From Lepidodermella squamata (taxonomy: Eukaryota > Animalia > Gastrotricha): DNA of 64,000 bases. Below are positions 1-13,042 of the stretch, in pieces (position 1 is the first letter of the stretch; every line of letters begins with the position of its first letter). Below the pieces are notes generated by a model, which did no database searches, was not told the DNA's origin, and worked only from the letters and a program-made list of their open reading frames with translations. The stretch lies in contig JBLDXI010000007.1 of assembly GCA_047495785.1 (NCBI GenBank), positions 1,240,001 through 1,304,000 on the forward strand, given 5' to 3'. The position numbers were made by a program, and so were the translations under genes.

Positions 1-797
1 ATGTAAGCAACTATAAGATCGAAAATTACAACCTGAATCTGAAATATTGCTCGGAGAAAATATGGTACAACATACATTCCGGAAGTCATCATCTTCATCA
101 GGATTCATTTATACAGGCGGAGAGAGCCGAAACTTGAATGAATGTGCGAATGAAGCCAAATTTGAGTTGGCTAACTTTTGAGCTGGGAACTGATAATCCT
201 CAGTGTCTTTTGTTAATCCTGAGGTGAGTCTCAAGTGCTCGTCAAATCAACCCGCCATCTTGTGCAAACCAATATTTCTAATGGGTAAACTTCTTGACGA
301 ACATCTGCACTTGCGTTTTTACTTCAACTAATAAGAAAATTATAATGAATTAACTTTAAGGCGAATAATAACACGACGAAAATATTTGCGAACTGACACA
401 AATTTTCGGCTTGATTTCGGCTAGTTAGTTGAGTTTATCTCACATGATGAAGAACTGCCAAAACTGCCTTTACGAGGTGCGACAATGCCGATTAACGCCG
501 ATTAGCCCGATTATTATTTTCATCGGGGTGAGTTTTTTTTTAGATTTTTTCACAAGCAAATTACCGTAAATACCGAATTATAAGGCACTGCCTTATATTT
601 TTTCGTAGGGTATTTCCAGAAAATTGAATTGCTCGCCTGCCCATATTTGAATAATCTAGAGTAATATAGAGCAGTGCGCGAAGTAGGATCCTCGAACTAG
701 GGGGTATTTTCATGCCCTAATTCCCCTGTGGTCCCCCTGTGGTTTTTTGGGGGATTTTCCGCTGCGGCCTGACGAAGCGAAGCTTGACGGAGAAAAT

Positions 798-926
798 CCG
801 GAGAAATTTGGTCCAACCGGGTAAAATAACGAAAATTACCGAACCAGTTACCATCGGAATTTTCCACCGCTGCATTATCTATTATCTATTTCTTCACTAA
901 TTGCGCAACCTCTGGGACACGCCGTA
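798..926 (-). mobile_element. Tc1/mariner-type non-autonomous element end (fragment)
   Basis: Reverse complement begins TACGGCGTGTCCCAGAGGTTGCGCAA and shares ACTGGTTCGGTAATTTTCG with copies at 7100 and 24242; TACAG.GTGTCC ends are typical of mariner-type TIRs. Confidence 0.55.
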
Positions 927-1454
927 ATTCCTAATTAGCGACGTTATTACAGCTAATTAGCTGTAAGTATATCTCACAACTCACAAGTGGTGAGAGAACG
1001 GGCTTTTTAGAGTTGTGACCATTTTTGGCAACGGAGTTTCTGGCATAATTCAGCAAGAAAATTCTATTCATTTGGAACGTTAAAAATTCAAGACAATTTA
1101 GCTGAGTTTTCGTAGGTTCATCTGTCGGGCTCATCAATTGAGCTGAATTTTTGCAATTATTTCGATACTGTATAAATAAAAACTGAATTGATTTGTTTGG
1201 GAATCGCTTTTTTGTCGAAATTTCAAAATGACCTCGGTGTTTTACAATTTTCATGGCTTATCAAGCGCGGAGAAAACTACGCTGGCAACTTGCCGAGCTG
1301 ATCGACTTGTTCACGACTATATAGCAATAACAATTGATATTTTGATCCCGAATTTAATTTCCGCGCGCATAAGTATTTGTTTTACTGAAGAATTTCATTC
1401 CCACGCGGTAGCTTATGAAAAAACTCACTGTATTTTTATTCTATTAAAAGAAAC

Positions 1455-3673
1455 ATGTTTCAGGTTAACAGAATATTTTTTTCAATTGCTGCTTTGGTCT
1501 GTCTTTCAGGCGGCTTAGCAGCGAATGTCCTTCTTCCAGAGTTTTCATTTTCTGGCAAAGATACAGGTAATAATTGCCGAAATGCAACAGGAATGTCCCG
1601 AAGAGCTGTCAATTTTCAGACAAGGAAAATTGGTATTTTTTATCGAAAAATACGCTAGGTACTCGCGAGTTGCCCATTCAACCTGCCGGGGCCTCTGGTT
1701 TCCCCTTCTACAAAGCGGAATGGGCGGCTTACGCTGTAATTTCAAAAAAGGTCCAAACAATATTAGCTGAAATAATTTAATTTAATTTTCCTTATTTTTA
1801 TTTGAAGATGCTGAAAAATGTAGATGGATTGTTTCTGAGTGTTTCACTAAATATTGACCCTAACAAGCAATCAGACGGACTGCTTGTCTTCATTTTAAAA
1901 CCTGATTCGCTGCAAGCTTTTGACGAATGTAAATCTATAAAATTACTGCGTAATCTCATTCATTTCTTTTGACCTAATTCAGTCGAAGCATGCAATGTTT
2001 TCATGGGTCAACAAATTCGTGGTTTGATTGTTCAAAGCTTTTACGGGGCAAACGTGGGATACGTGTATTTTCGCAACGGCACCGAGGCTATAGAACCCGA
2101 CAAATTGGGCTTCGTTAATGCGCGCAGCTTAGCCGGGGGCGTTTCACTGAATGACGCGGCGTATGGTGACCACAGATATGAGATTTCTATCGAAAACGAT
2201 GTTCTGAAGGTGATGAAACCAGTTCTCGAGCTTGAAGTTTAACAATTTGGATTCTTTCAGGCTAAGGTCGTGAGCAAACAAGGTAGTACGGTGGATTTGG
2301 TGACCGGAGCATCGATAGCTGGCTTCAAGACAGGAGGACCCTTTGTTGTAGGCGTTGCTGCAGAAAATAGTGCGAGGTACCCTAGTAACATGACTGGAAG
2401 ATTGTACTCGTTCGAAACCTACGTCACTTCTGGCACTTCTGGTATCCAAATTCAGCCGGTAATATCTGAGGCAAGATTCTTGCCTCCAACCCCTTCGACA
2501 ACTGCGATGACCACACCTTCTTCAACCCCATCGGCATCTTCGAAGGAAGGTTCCAGCTCACCATTGGCCCGATACATACCAAGAATACCTGGTTTTCGAA
2601 CCAACCCGCTTACAATTGGCAAGATAATGGATCATTGCGATGATTTCGCAGCTTCGAAAGCCTTCCCTCCAAATAACAACCAACCGAACCCTATAACCTT
2701 CATTTTCATCATAAGCTCACTGCGGGGCGTCGACAATGTTGAGCAGAAGATCGATGTTGACGTCATCATGTTCGCGAAATGGAGGGTGACAACTTGTCCG
2801 AAGAAATCTGATGACTGGCATGTCGGCAGTGATGACAGTCAAAAATTAATGGTTACAACAGCGAAAGAAGTCTGGCTGCCAGCTGCGAGATTCACATCGA
2901 CAGCTTCGGCGAATTACCATCTCGACGGTTTTCACGATGATTTAACAGTTTATATGGATGTCCCGGAAAAGGGCGACAACATCACGCTGGATTTCTATTG
3001 GTTGAGAGAGGGCCGTCTCGAGACAGACTGCCCGTTGAACCTTGACAACTTCCCATTCGACACTCAGCAATGCGACTTTACGTTTCAAATGATTCGAAAT
3101 CACGACCGAGTCCAATACTCGGCCATCTATTTTGATTGGACTGAGGACAATGAGACCGCGGAGTGGCGGCTAACTCGTATGGAGAAAAATACGTCGATTC
3201 GAGACTTTATGGGTGAATACGTTCATGCCGCTAATTTTTCAATCACAATTAAACGAATCCCTGACTACTACCTATTGAATTTGGCCCTGCCAAGTGCTGT
3301 CATGTCGTGTATCAACTTGCTGACGTTTTTCCTGCTACCCGAGACTGCTGAAAGGCCCACATTCACAGTCACATCGCTTCTAGCCCTGGTCGTAGCCCAG
3401 GCCGATGTAAGATCGGTTCTGCCTCAGACAGCAAATCGGTCCTTACTGGGTGACTACATCATGCAACTGGTGTTTTTCGCCGCAGCTATCACAATTTACC
3501 AAATGGCGACGGTCTGGCTGGTTGCGAGCTGTAGAGGAGGTGAGAAAGTGGGTGGAATGTTTAGGAAACGCATCACTGTGGTGAGACTGATCGACGTCAT
3601 CGCGTTCATCCTTTCTCTGGCCGGCTTTATCGGCATTCACGTTTACGCCTACTTGGCTATTCGCAACATGTAA
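1455..3673 (+). CDS. Cys-loop ligand-gated ion channel subunit with N-terminal L-type lectin-like domain and Ser/Thr stalk (LGIC-1)
   Basis: Signal peptide MFQVNRIFFSIAALVCLS; in-frame splicing via introns 1567-1619, 1751-1807, 1929-1982, 2210-2260; Cys-loop CPLNLDNFPFDTQQC; pre-M1 KRIPDYY; M2 ERPTFTVTSLLAL; four TM helices. Confidence 0.88.
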
Positions 3674-4309
3674 CCCTCTAGTAATTTTTTTCAGCCTGTG
3701 CAAAAATTCAGGTTAATTCGCAGAAATAGCGTGGAAAAATAGATGTTGTGCAATTTTCAATACAATTTTTTCGAACATTTTATATTAAATTTTTCATCGT
3801 TATTTTATCGTGGTTTTATGTATTGAATTTCATGAACACGACACGTTTATTTACCAGCGTTATAAACATTTGTTTCTGTTCAATAAAAACAGCTAAAGAG
3901 GAAAGCCTTTGATGGAAACCCAAAAATAGCAAAATGAATTGGATGAAAATCGATGATTTGAAAATAATGCTTTATTAACAGCGTGGGGAGTAATCTAGCC
4001 GGAAAAAGGATTTTCGGTAGCTGTTCAACTGTCAAACAAAAATTTTGGCAGCGAGAAACTACATGCGTATATTTCAATCGACCCAGGTCGAAAACTGACG
4101 GAATTTTTTCAATGTTTCGACAGAAGCAACAAACGTTTTTTGTTCCGCTCCCAGAGTCCATTAAGGCCAAAAATGCTTCGCAATCAACAGAGCCGCCAGA
4201 CCTTGTAACAACTTACCAAGAAAAACTGAAAATTTAGCCTGATAATGCAAGAAACGCTCATTCCAATGACACCATTCTCCAAAAAAATTACTCACCGCTA
4301 TTGGAAGTA

Positions 4310-5490
4310 CCGTAACGCGCCCTAAATTTGGACACCCCAAATTTGGACACTTTGAGCTTTAGCCCCAAATACCAATTTGTGCATAACTGATACAAATTTA
4401 AAAATTTCACTGAAAAATAGCTCCCTTCATGGGCTTTCCAACGGTACCGAATTTGCCAATACTTTTTATGTACTATCGATTTGCGAAAAATCACCGAAGC
4501 TCGATCACTCAGAAAGGTGTTTTGGGACCCCCCTTGCCAAATGCTCACCTGTGAACGGTTGGGACTGAAATTTGTTTTGCACATGGGGATTTACCTAAAC
4601 TAAATTCTGTAAAAAAATCTCGGCAGAAGGACACGCCAATTTTGACACAGGTGACTTTGAATTTAGCCTCTAAATTTGGACACTTTTAATGATATTTTTA
4701 TCTCTATGCATATGCAAACGAAATGTATGCTTTTTGTCAGTTTTTGAAAAGAATGGCAACGCATTGATGGAACCTTGGAATTAGCTTAATGACTCCCGGC
4801 CTAGGCTATGCTTTCATGAGTTTGGCTAGAGAGCATAGAGAATAATAATGAATCCGAATACAAATCCGACGGCGCCCAATCTTTAATTAAACAGGTGAAC
4901 AGCAGGTACCATGGGACTAATGACAGTTCAATTTCGGTAAATAATATCAATAGTTCGGCGATAAAGAAACTGAGTTTGAGGTTAAACCATGGGTTGAGGT
5001 TTGAATGAGTCCCTCCGTCTACTTTCTAAGTGAGACTCGGTGCTTCAGAGACATTTTCACCTGGTTTATCATAGTTTTGAGAAGATTCATCGTTCATAAA
5101 GGTATTAAAAGCCTGGTGTATTATTGGTATTGCGTACATCTGCATTAAATCTGACGATGAGTGAATCCTATCGGTAGCAATATTTTAGTGTCAAGTGGCT
5201 ACAAAAGTCGCCTTTAAAAACACGAGAAAAATTGCGCAACAAGGAATAAAATGTGTGTAAGGTCGAATTAGCATATGCAAATGAGGTGTCCAAATTTGGG
5301 AACGAGTGTCCAAATTTAGAGGTTTCTTTACCTATTTTTTTAAAATCAAGGTGAGCTTCTAAATTTTCCAAACTTCACCTGTCCACGCAGATTCTTTGGG
5401 CGGAGGTTTGGCTATTTTTTTCCATTTTTTTAGACGAAAAATTTTTAAAATTAAAAAAGGTGTTTTGTCCAAAGTTAGGACGCGTTACGG
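4310..5490. mobile_element. pogo/Tc1-mariner-type non-autonomous DNA transposon
   Basis: TIRs CCGTAACGCGCCCTAAATTTGGAC (left) and CCGTAACGCGTCCTAACTTTGGAC (right, reverse complement), flanked by TA at 4308-4309 and 5491-5492; no transposase ORF. Confidence 0.8.
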
Positions 5491-5874
5491 TAAAATTCAT
5501 GTAAAAAAACGAGAAATTTACATGTAAACATGCATGGCGAAAAAGAATAAAAGATTTAATCAAGTTTTTTGCAATATTTAAGGAGGAGTTTTGTAATTTA
5601 ATTTAGGCTTCATTTTTCTGCGAGAGTTAACACTCTGATCACTCCGTTCTCTATGTTTTTCCTGTATGGACTAAAAGCGACAAGGTGGCATTTTTCAAAC
5701 CAAGCTTCCAGCCAAGCTATTTAAGTCAAAGGTAGAATAACAGGCTTAACTCGTTTATTCTCTTAAAAATCGGCAATCAATTGGTCGTCCTTACTTTCAT
5801 CAAGGAAACATTAACAATAAAAAACGCTAAAACAATGATAAACAATGAAGTCTTTCTGTTTGTGCGATATGTTT

Positions 5875-6942
5875 TCACATCTCGTTTTGACTAGCTGACA
5901 GCGACATCAAGAAGTCAGCAATTCCGAAATGCCCTCGTTCATTAGCTTTTTCAATAGGCGTTGAACCATTCATGGTTTTCGAATTCGCAATTTCAGGCTT
6001 CGATTGACACAAATACCGAACTATTTCAATGTGACCACCTTGAATTGCGAGAAAAATCGCTGAACTGTTGTCAATTTCGTGGTCAGCCTTGCAGAATACC
6101 GTCACATCAGCCCCGGCTTCGACCAGTAGTTTCACAATATCCAAATGGCCAAGACCGGCTGCTTTCATAACCGCTGTTCGATGCCATCGATTCTGCTCAT
6201 TAACTTCGCAACCAATCGATAACAGATATTTGACAATTTCAATATTTCCAGACCCAGCAGCTGATGTTAAAATTGTTTCATAGCGAGAAGCTTTCTTCGA
6301 TTTCAAAAGTTTCGGATCGGATTCGATGAGAAATTTAAGCACATCGAGATGGCCCTCTTGAGTTGCGAGATGGGCCGCGGTCATGTCGTCCGAGTCCAGT
6401 AACCTAGTTTTCGCACCTTTTTCAAATAGAAGTTTAACGCCAGGCAGGTAACCAAAGGAAGCCACGCGATGCAGGGCAGTTACATCGCTGAAATTTGTTG
6501 CATTGAAGTTGACCTTCATTTCTTCAATTAAATACCGCATGACCTCAACGCTCTCGCCGTCACAGGCGTTGAGCAAGGGCGTTCGTTTGTAGAACTCTCG
6601 AGCTTCGGCCAGTTTCGGGTCAGTCTCGCAAAGCAGTTTCACGATTCCGAGATGGCCATTCAAACAGGCGAGATGAATCGCCAGGGTGTCTTCCTCCACC
6701 GCGTTCTCTCGAGCGTCATTTCGAACCTTTGCCCAAACATCGGCGTCATGCTCTTCGATCAGGTAATGCGCTAATTCCAAGTGGCCATTTTCGCAGGCGA
6801 TATGTAAAATTCGCTTGCATTTGTTCCATTCGTCGGCGAATTCAGCAGCGTATTTCACGCAATCAGCCGGAAGTTCGTTGAGAATTCGCTTGATTTTATG
6901 TAAATCGCCACACTTGGCAGAGCTATGGAGAATTTTCGCCAT
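5875..6942 (-). CDS. ankyrin-repeat protein
   Basis: Many ankyrin motifs (LHIACENGHLELAHYLI, TALHRVASFGYLPGVKLLF, TAVMKAAGLGHLDIVKLLVEAGAD); first ATG at 6942. Confidence 0.9.
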   Translation of the reverse strand: MAKILHSSAKCGDLHKIKRILNELPADCVKYAAEFADEWNKCKRILHIACENGHLELAHYLIEEHDADVWAKVRNDARENAVEEDTLAIHLACLNGHLGIVKLLCETDPKLAEAREFYKRTPLLNACDGESVEVMRYLIEEMKVNFNATNFSDVTALHRVASFGYLPGVKLLFEKGAKTRLLDSDDMTAAHLATQEGHLDVLKFLIESDPKLLKSKKASRYETILTSAAGSGNIEIVKYLLSIGCEVNEQNRWHRTAVMKAAGLGHLDIVKLLVEAGADVTVFCKADHEIDNSSAIFLAIQGGHIEIVRYLCQSKPEIANSKTMNGSTPIEKANERGHFGIADFLMSLSASQNEM

Positions 6943-7099
6943 TGGAGGTGTTCTCTGTTTGTAAAATTTTAAGAAAATAATTCTAATGATATTTTTGCTT
7001 AATGTAGCAAGTAAATCTAATCGTAAAACATCCACATCGAACGCGATTTTATGAAAAAAAGTAACGCATTTTTTTCCATATGCGAGACTAATTTTGAAC

Positions 7100-7315
7100 T
7101 ACAGCGTGTCCAAGAGGTTGCGCAATTTTTTTTAACTTTTTGTAGGAAATTTAACTAATTTCTTTAAATTGAACCTACCGAGAGAATATTCCATCTTTTA
7201 TCCGCGATTTGAACGAAGAAAAAAATGCATAGCAAAGAAAACCCGGAAAAACCAGATGGTAAAACTGGTTCGGTAATTTTCGGTATTTTTTACCCGGTTG
7301 GAAATAATTTCTCCG
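7100..7315 (+). mobile_element. Tc1/mariner-type non-autonomous element end (fragment)
   Basis: TACAGCGTGTCCAAGAGGTTGCGCAA start; internal blocks shared with 24242-24472 and 798-926. Confidence 0.6.
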
Positions 7316-7490
7316 AATTTTTTTAATCCCATTAACTATTTTCGTAATGTTTTAATTTTTCTTAAAATTATCTGGCCATGAGATGTGACTTCGTCTCTTG
7401 TTTCAGAGTTTCTCTATCCTTTTCCGTGTATTTTCTTTGCTTGCATTACTTATGGGACTAAATGGATTGCAAATGGACCAGTGGATTGAA

Positions 7491-8882
7491 CTAAATTGAA
7501 CTAAATGATTTATTTGACTCGAAAATTACCTTTAACGACGGTTCGATAACAGTATAGCGCATCTTTTCGGTGAGATTTGACAGCAACTGCTGCAAATTAT
7601 CGAGGTCATTCCCAGGTTCGGTATTCAGCTTTTTCAGTCCTGCCAAGATCGAACCCGCAACATGGGCCTCAAGTCGTGCCAGGGCGTAATTTGAGGCAAT
7701 TGTCTCATGCTGCATTTGCTCAACAACCAGGGTTGTTATTGGATCGTAATTTTTATCAGCTTTGAAAATCGACCTGGTTGTAGCTATGATTTGCGAGAAT
7801 TTCTGGCGAATAGGCGACTCTGGTTCGTCCACGACGGTATATTTTTTGGCCATTATTTCAAGCAATGAGACAATTTCTTCTTCCTGCATAGCGAGCTATT
7901 GAAATGATCAAACAAAATTTTAAACTCATGCGGTCAATTAGTGCCAAAAATTATGCGCTTTTCGTCAAAACGTTTTAAACTGCCAAAAATCAGATAAAAA
8001 TAGAAAGATTTCCCGGATAATCAGAAAATCAACTTGGCCAATTTTTGTCCAAATTTGAGAATTTTTCGGGCTAAATTCGAAAACAAGTTTCGTCCAAAGT
8101 TGACCCTCGTTTTTTCAAATTTCTTACGTGTCTGCCAAGCCATATAGTTTCAATGCGAACTCGTTCCATATGGCGAAGCAGGCAAATTTCGCAAAACTCT
8201 CGTTTGCAATGGTCACATTTTTTAGGATCGTTGGTCACTGGCAGATGAGTGCAATCGTCCATGACGGCGTCGTAATCACCCACCACCGTGGTTTCGTCTC
8301 GATCTTTCACCAAATCCGACAGTTTTTGAACGGCATAGTTTGTCGCGAAGCCTTGAAAAAATTGATAATATTCAACATTCAATAAAAATAGCAATTCGAA
8401 CATCCAGCATTTGGTGAACTATGAAAATTTCAACTAAATTTCTCTTTCATTATTACGAAAAAAGTCCACATTTAAAAAATTAAAATCCGAATTTTTTTGG
8501 TATAAACGATGATCTCCAAGGATTAATAATTACGCATGGTTGATCAGAATCTTAAAAAATCGAAAACTATTTTCAATACTAGATATAGGAGTTGTTCTTG
8601 TACCTCTAGCCAGGTTGGGTCCAACCTTATAGGAATAGTCGCATTGCGAACACTTCAAAGTGTCGAAATTAGCGAACTGCTCGCCGATACAACCTTCGCA
8701 AATTTGATGGCCACAATCAGGTAACACCTTCAACGGATGGCCGCCAAGATCGGAGCTCGACCTTCCACATTTGAAGCATTTCAGAAGCTGAATACGTGAA
8801 CATCACAAAATTGGCTGAAGTAAAACCAACTTGGACCTGTACTCACCATTCGGAAGTCACCTTCCGCATTCATTTGCGACAT
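7491..8882 (-). CDS. RING finger / B-box-like / coiled-coil (TRIM-like) E3 ligase, multi-exon
   Basis: C3HC4 RING CFKC...CGHQICEGC...CSQC; post-RING NYAVQKL; B-box-like CTH...CDHCKREFCEICLLRH; helical C-terminal exon; start and some exon bounds approximate. Confidence 0.7.
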
Positions 8883-9684
8883 ACTTGGTTCGAAAACGAG
8901 AAGATAATGGCAAAAGGGTCTCTTGAAACCTGAAATAAATGAAACCTTTTGACGAATGACTAAAAATAACTGTGGTTGATTTTATGCGCGGCCTTAGAAT
9001 TAGGTCATCCGTGACACCTTGTGCAGTTAGTTTCGTTTTAAACTCGCACCTTCTGCCAACACACGGCCAGACGGACAACGGCATGGAGCCATGGAGTGAA
9101 TGTTTATTCTATTTTGAATTATTGGTATCCAGGTCGAGATTTCGAATGAAACTCCTTTTAATTTAGCTAAGAAGATCATAACCTGAGGAAAAATCGCTCG
9201 AGCTCAACTGTTGAGTATAGTGCCGTCGTATTCAGAGTGAAATAATGCGTAAAATATAATCTAATCTGTTACCGCTTTTTGCTTGACTGTCACCTCAAAA
9301 CTCACGTGTAACTTGAAAGGCTTTAACAACGCGAACGATATTTCGTGCAAAAATCAATATTGAACATTTTTCTCACTTCTCACAGTGTTTGATCACGAAG
9401 AACTGTCGAAGCTACAGATGTCGAAGAGGTAGCTACCAAGCTAGCTCGCGAAATTCATGCGTTCAGTTTCAATCTTGACTTTTATTAAACAAAAATTCAT
9501 AAAAAAAGAACCTGAACAAACATATGGCTGGCGTTGATCATCGTCGTGACGTTTCCACTTCGAGCAAACATGCGTTGATTCAGGAAAAACGAATAAGTTC
9601 TAACACCAGATCTGGCGGAAAATCATCCTATTTTTGCTACACACAGTAGCAAGATCCATCAGTGAAAGCATAGGTAATATCCCA

Positions 9685-12304
9685 ATGATCCATCTGAAAC
9701 TATTTTTGATCGCGTTAGCGACGCAGTGGCCACTTTCAAGCACCTTTTTGAGTAAGTCGAATCAAAATTCATGTCGACTACCATTCAACTTCTTCCACTC
9801 GTAGCCTGTGATGATACAAATCGAATAACTGATTGGTCACTAGGTGGCTCAGATGAAAGTAATCATAATCATCATCATTATCATTATTTTGCTCATTATT
9901 TTGCTTAGCCCAGTTCGATGATTCATTGAACAATTGGAACCACCTCAGCAAAACATCAGACGGATCTCAGGCCCCTGCGCTTATGTCTGCTTCTCCAAAT
10001 TACGTGTATTTTCACAAAGTATCCACTCCGGGGGCACAATCTATTTTCTACACCAAATCGGTAAAGACATAAAATGCGTTTTAATTTTGAATGTACCCGA
10101 TTCTATCTCCTTGCAGGCTTACAATTCAGGGGCGTAACTAAGGGGGGGCCAGGGGGGGCACCGGCCCCACCAGCTGGAAAAATACCCTCAGGGTACCACA
10201 GGGGGGACCCTTTGGTCTGAAAAATTCGGGGCCGCAAATACGTAGAAAAGATGTGCTGGCCCCAAGGCTGGCCCCACCAGTTTGGTAGACCTAGTTACGC
10301 CGCTGTTACAATTTTTCTGACATAAGGATCGTCATCAGTATGTCGGCGACAACATCACTGGATAACTATGCTTTTGTAATTGTTCGTCCTGATGTCATCG
10401 TATCAGGGGGTGCATGTGAGTCATTTGATCGGCTGTTCAAAGCATTGTTTTTAATGGGAACTTGCAGATGGAGACACTGTCAGTCAAATAACGCGGCCAT
10501 TTCAGGGGTTGATTCTAGACATGAATTATTTGAGTCTCGCCGCACGCGTATTTGTGGGTACATACTACTTTCGTGCAGTAAATGACTGGCGAAATTTGTC
10601 ACCCTCCGGTGAGTATAAAAACAGCGTAAGAGTCAGTATGACGATGCAGACACACGTTATTGAGATAATCAGTGGAAAGTTGTCGGTAAGCTTTTTCTTT
10701 CCTCTCCTATTTGCTTGGATTATCCTTTGAATAAGTCGTGGTGGTACGCCCCAGTCAACAATTCCATTACCCAGTTCATCACCGACCTTGATGTATCTGA
10801 CATTTACGGCGGTGGGCCTTACGTCTTCGGGGTTGCAGCGCAAAGCAAAGCGAATCTTACAAATCCTCAAGAAATTCGGCTTTACGGAATTCAAGCTTGT
10901 GGCACTTTTGAGAGAACGACAACCAGCACGACAACTAGCACAGTTGGAGCTAGGACCTCTAGCACAGCAGAAACATCGACGGTAAGGGACTCAACAACTC
11001 AAACAAATCAAGTGACTAATTCAGCAGTCACAACTGAAACTGCAACTACAATTTCCTCACGAAATAACAACGACTCATCGTCAGTTCAACCAACTTCTGC
11101 GAAATCTTCATCCTTGCGGCCAGAAACAACATCGGTTAGTCTTGCAGCCCCGACTCCAACATTCGGACCTGACGCATCAATCGGATCTGCGAGGAGGTTG
11201 TCTGGACTGGATAAACTGATGCCGGCGATTCCTGATCTCTCGCCGAATCCAATCAATGTCAAAACTGTTCTTGCAGTTTGCGATGATTTCGCTGCAACGC
11301 GGAGTGCCCCGCCGAATAACTATCAGCCGAATGAGGTCCAATTCGCTTTCTTCATCACAGAGCTGACCTCTGTCGATACTGTAAACGAGGATATTTCAGT
11401 GGACGGTGTCCTGTTCCTCTCGTGGAATGTTACAACATGTCAGAAAAATACAACTAACCTATTTTTGCAGAGAGATGCTCGCGAAACACTCTACGTTTCC
11501 TCCCCAGACGAAACCTGGCTACCGAAACTTCGTTTCTCGACATCATCAACGGCTAATTTTCTTCTGGAAGGATTCGCTAGTGACTTGACTGTTGTACTTT
11601 CCTCTAACGAGAAAGACTCAAATTATGTCTTGTCTTTCTACTGGTTGGTTGAAGGAAATTTCCAATCCGAATGCCCACTCGGCCCTAAGCTTGCGAAATT
11701 CCCCTTTGACACCCAAACTTGTGATTTCACATTTGAATTTATCAGGCCTTACAGCAGGGTTCAGGCGAAGAAAGTCGTTTTCGAATGGCTTGAGGCTAAC
11801 GAAACAAACGAATGGCGCCTTGTCGATTACAGCCACCAAGCAGCCAGGCGTCGTTATTTCGGCTCGGTCGTACAGGCTGTGGATTTGTCTGTTACAGTGA
11901 AGAGGATTCCCGATTACTACCTGATCAATCTGGCAGCTCCGAGTTTGGTTCTATCTGTCATAAATTGGCTGACAATGCTTTTGCCTCCTGATACTGTCGA
12001 GCGTCCTACTTTCACTGTTACATCCCTGCTGGCTCTGATAGTCGCCCAGGGTGATGTCAGACAGGTTTTGCCGAAGACTTCAACCCGGACTATACTTGGT
12101 GATTACATCGTCGCCCTAGGATTCTTGACGGCGGCTATTACAATCTATGAAATAGTGACAGTTTGGTGGGTCAGAAGCGCGAATGGGGAGAAGAAAATTC
12201 TCCGAGGTAGGATAAGCCTGGTACGATTCCTTGATGTCTTCGCATTTGGGGCGGCTTTTATCGCACTAATCGCGATCAACGCACTGCCACTGGCGAACAT
12301 CTAA
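9685..12304 (+). CDS. lectin-stalk-Cys-loop receptor subunit (LGIC-2), exon interrupted by MITE
   Basis: Signal peptide MIHLKLFLIALATQWPLSS; exons collinear with LGIC-4; Cys-loop CPLGPKLAKFPFDTQTC; four TM helices; MITE at 10127-10305 brings an in-frame TAA. Confidence 0.8.
10127..10305. mobile_element. hAT-type MITE
   Basis: TIRs CAGGGGCGTAACTAAG / CAGCGGCGTAACTAGG (right, reverse complement); 8-bp TSD TTACAATT at 10119-10126 and 10306-10313; absent from paralog LGIC-4. Confidence 0.92.
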
Positions 12305-13042
12305 CCGCATTTAAGAGCGGTGAAAAACACCCTTTGATAATCATAGCTTCTAGCAGTCAATCTTTAACCTTGTCGTCTGATCTCTGGTTCACTTTGCACT
12401 ACCATTCCTATCATAAGATTATATCATTAATCATTACTGCGCCGCAATGGCACGTAACTTGATCCTTGATTATCAAAATAAAAAATATACCGTGAAGTCC
12501 ATATATTTTTTATTGTTTACACCCAAACCCCTTCAGTACGCAACATCCTTGAGATCAGTCAGTCAACGGAATATGGACAGACGCCTATAAACTCGCTGCC
12601 AATTCTGCCGATTTTCTGAAATCGCTAAGATTTCACGATAAAAGAATGACAAAGCACAAACCCGGCTACAATTCTTCTGCAAGCCTTCTGATGCTGCCGC
12701 TGCGCTCGCCTATGATTTTTCTGTGTACATAACAATCGTGAAATTTCGATCATCAAGTTTTCATCAAATCTATTTTCCTAGCGATGGAATGGTAGTCCAT
12801 CCCCCTCGCATTCCACCAGGAATTTCCGATTAAAATTTTTTGTATTAGTTGCCATATTGAGCATTCCATCTGCTGACGGTAGCTCAAAACATTGTGACCT
12901 GGGCGTTGTCTAATTTCCGTTGTGAATGTCAATAAACATCATTTGATATTACAATATATCTCGAATTCCATAACGCTGCTGAACGGTACAAAAGCTCTCC
13001 GAAATCATTATTTTCGTGACTCTAATCAATTTAGCCTTTGCA

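Noticed and set aside
1-330. Possible exons of a gene running off the left edge
   Set aside because: No recognisable motif or consistent frame
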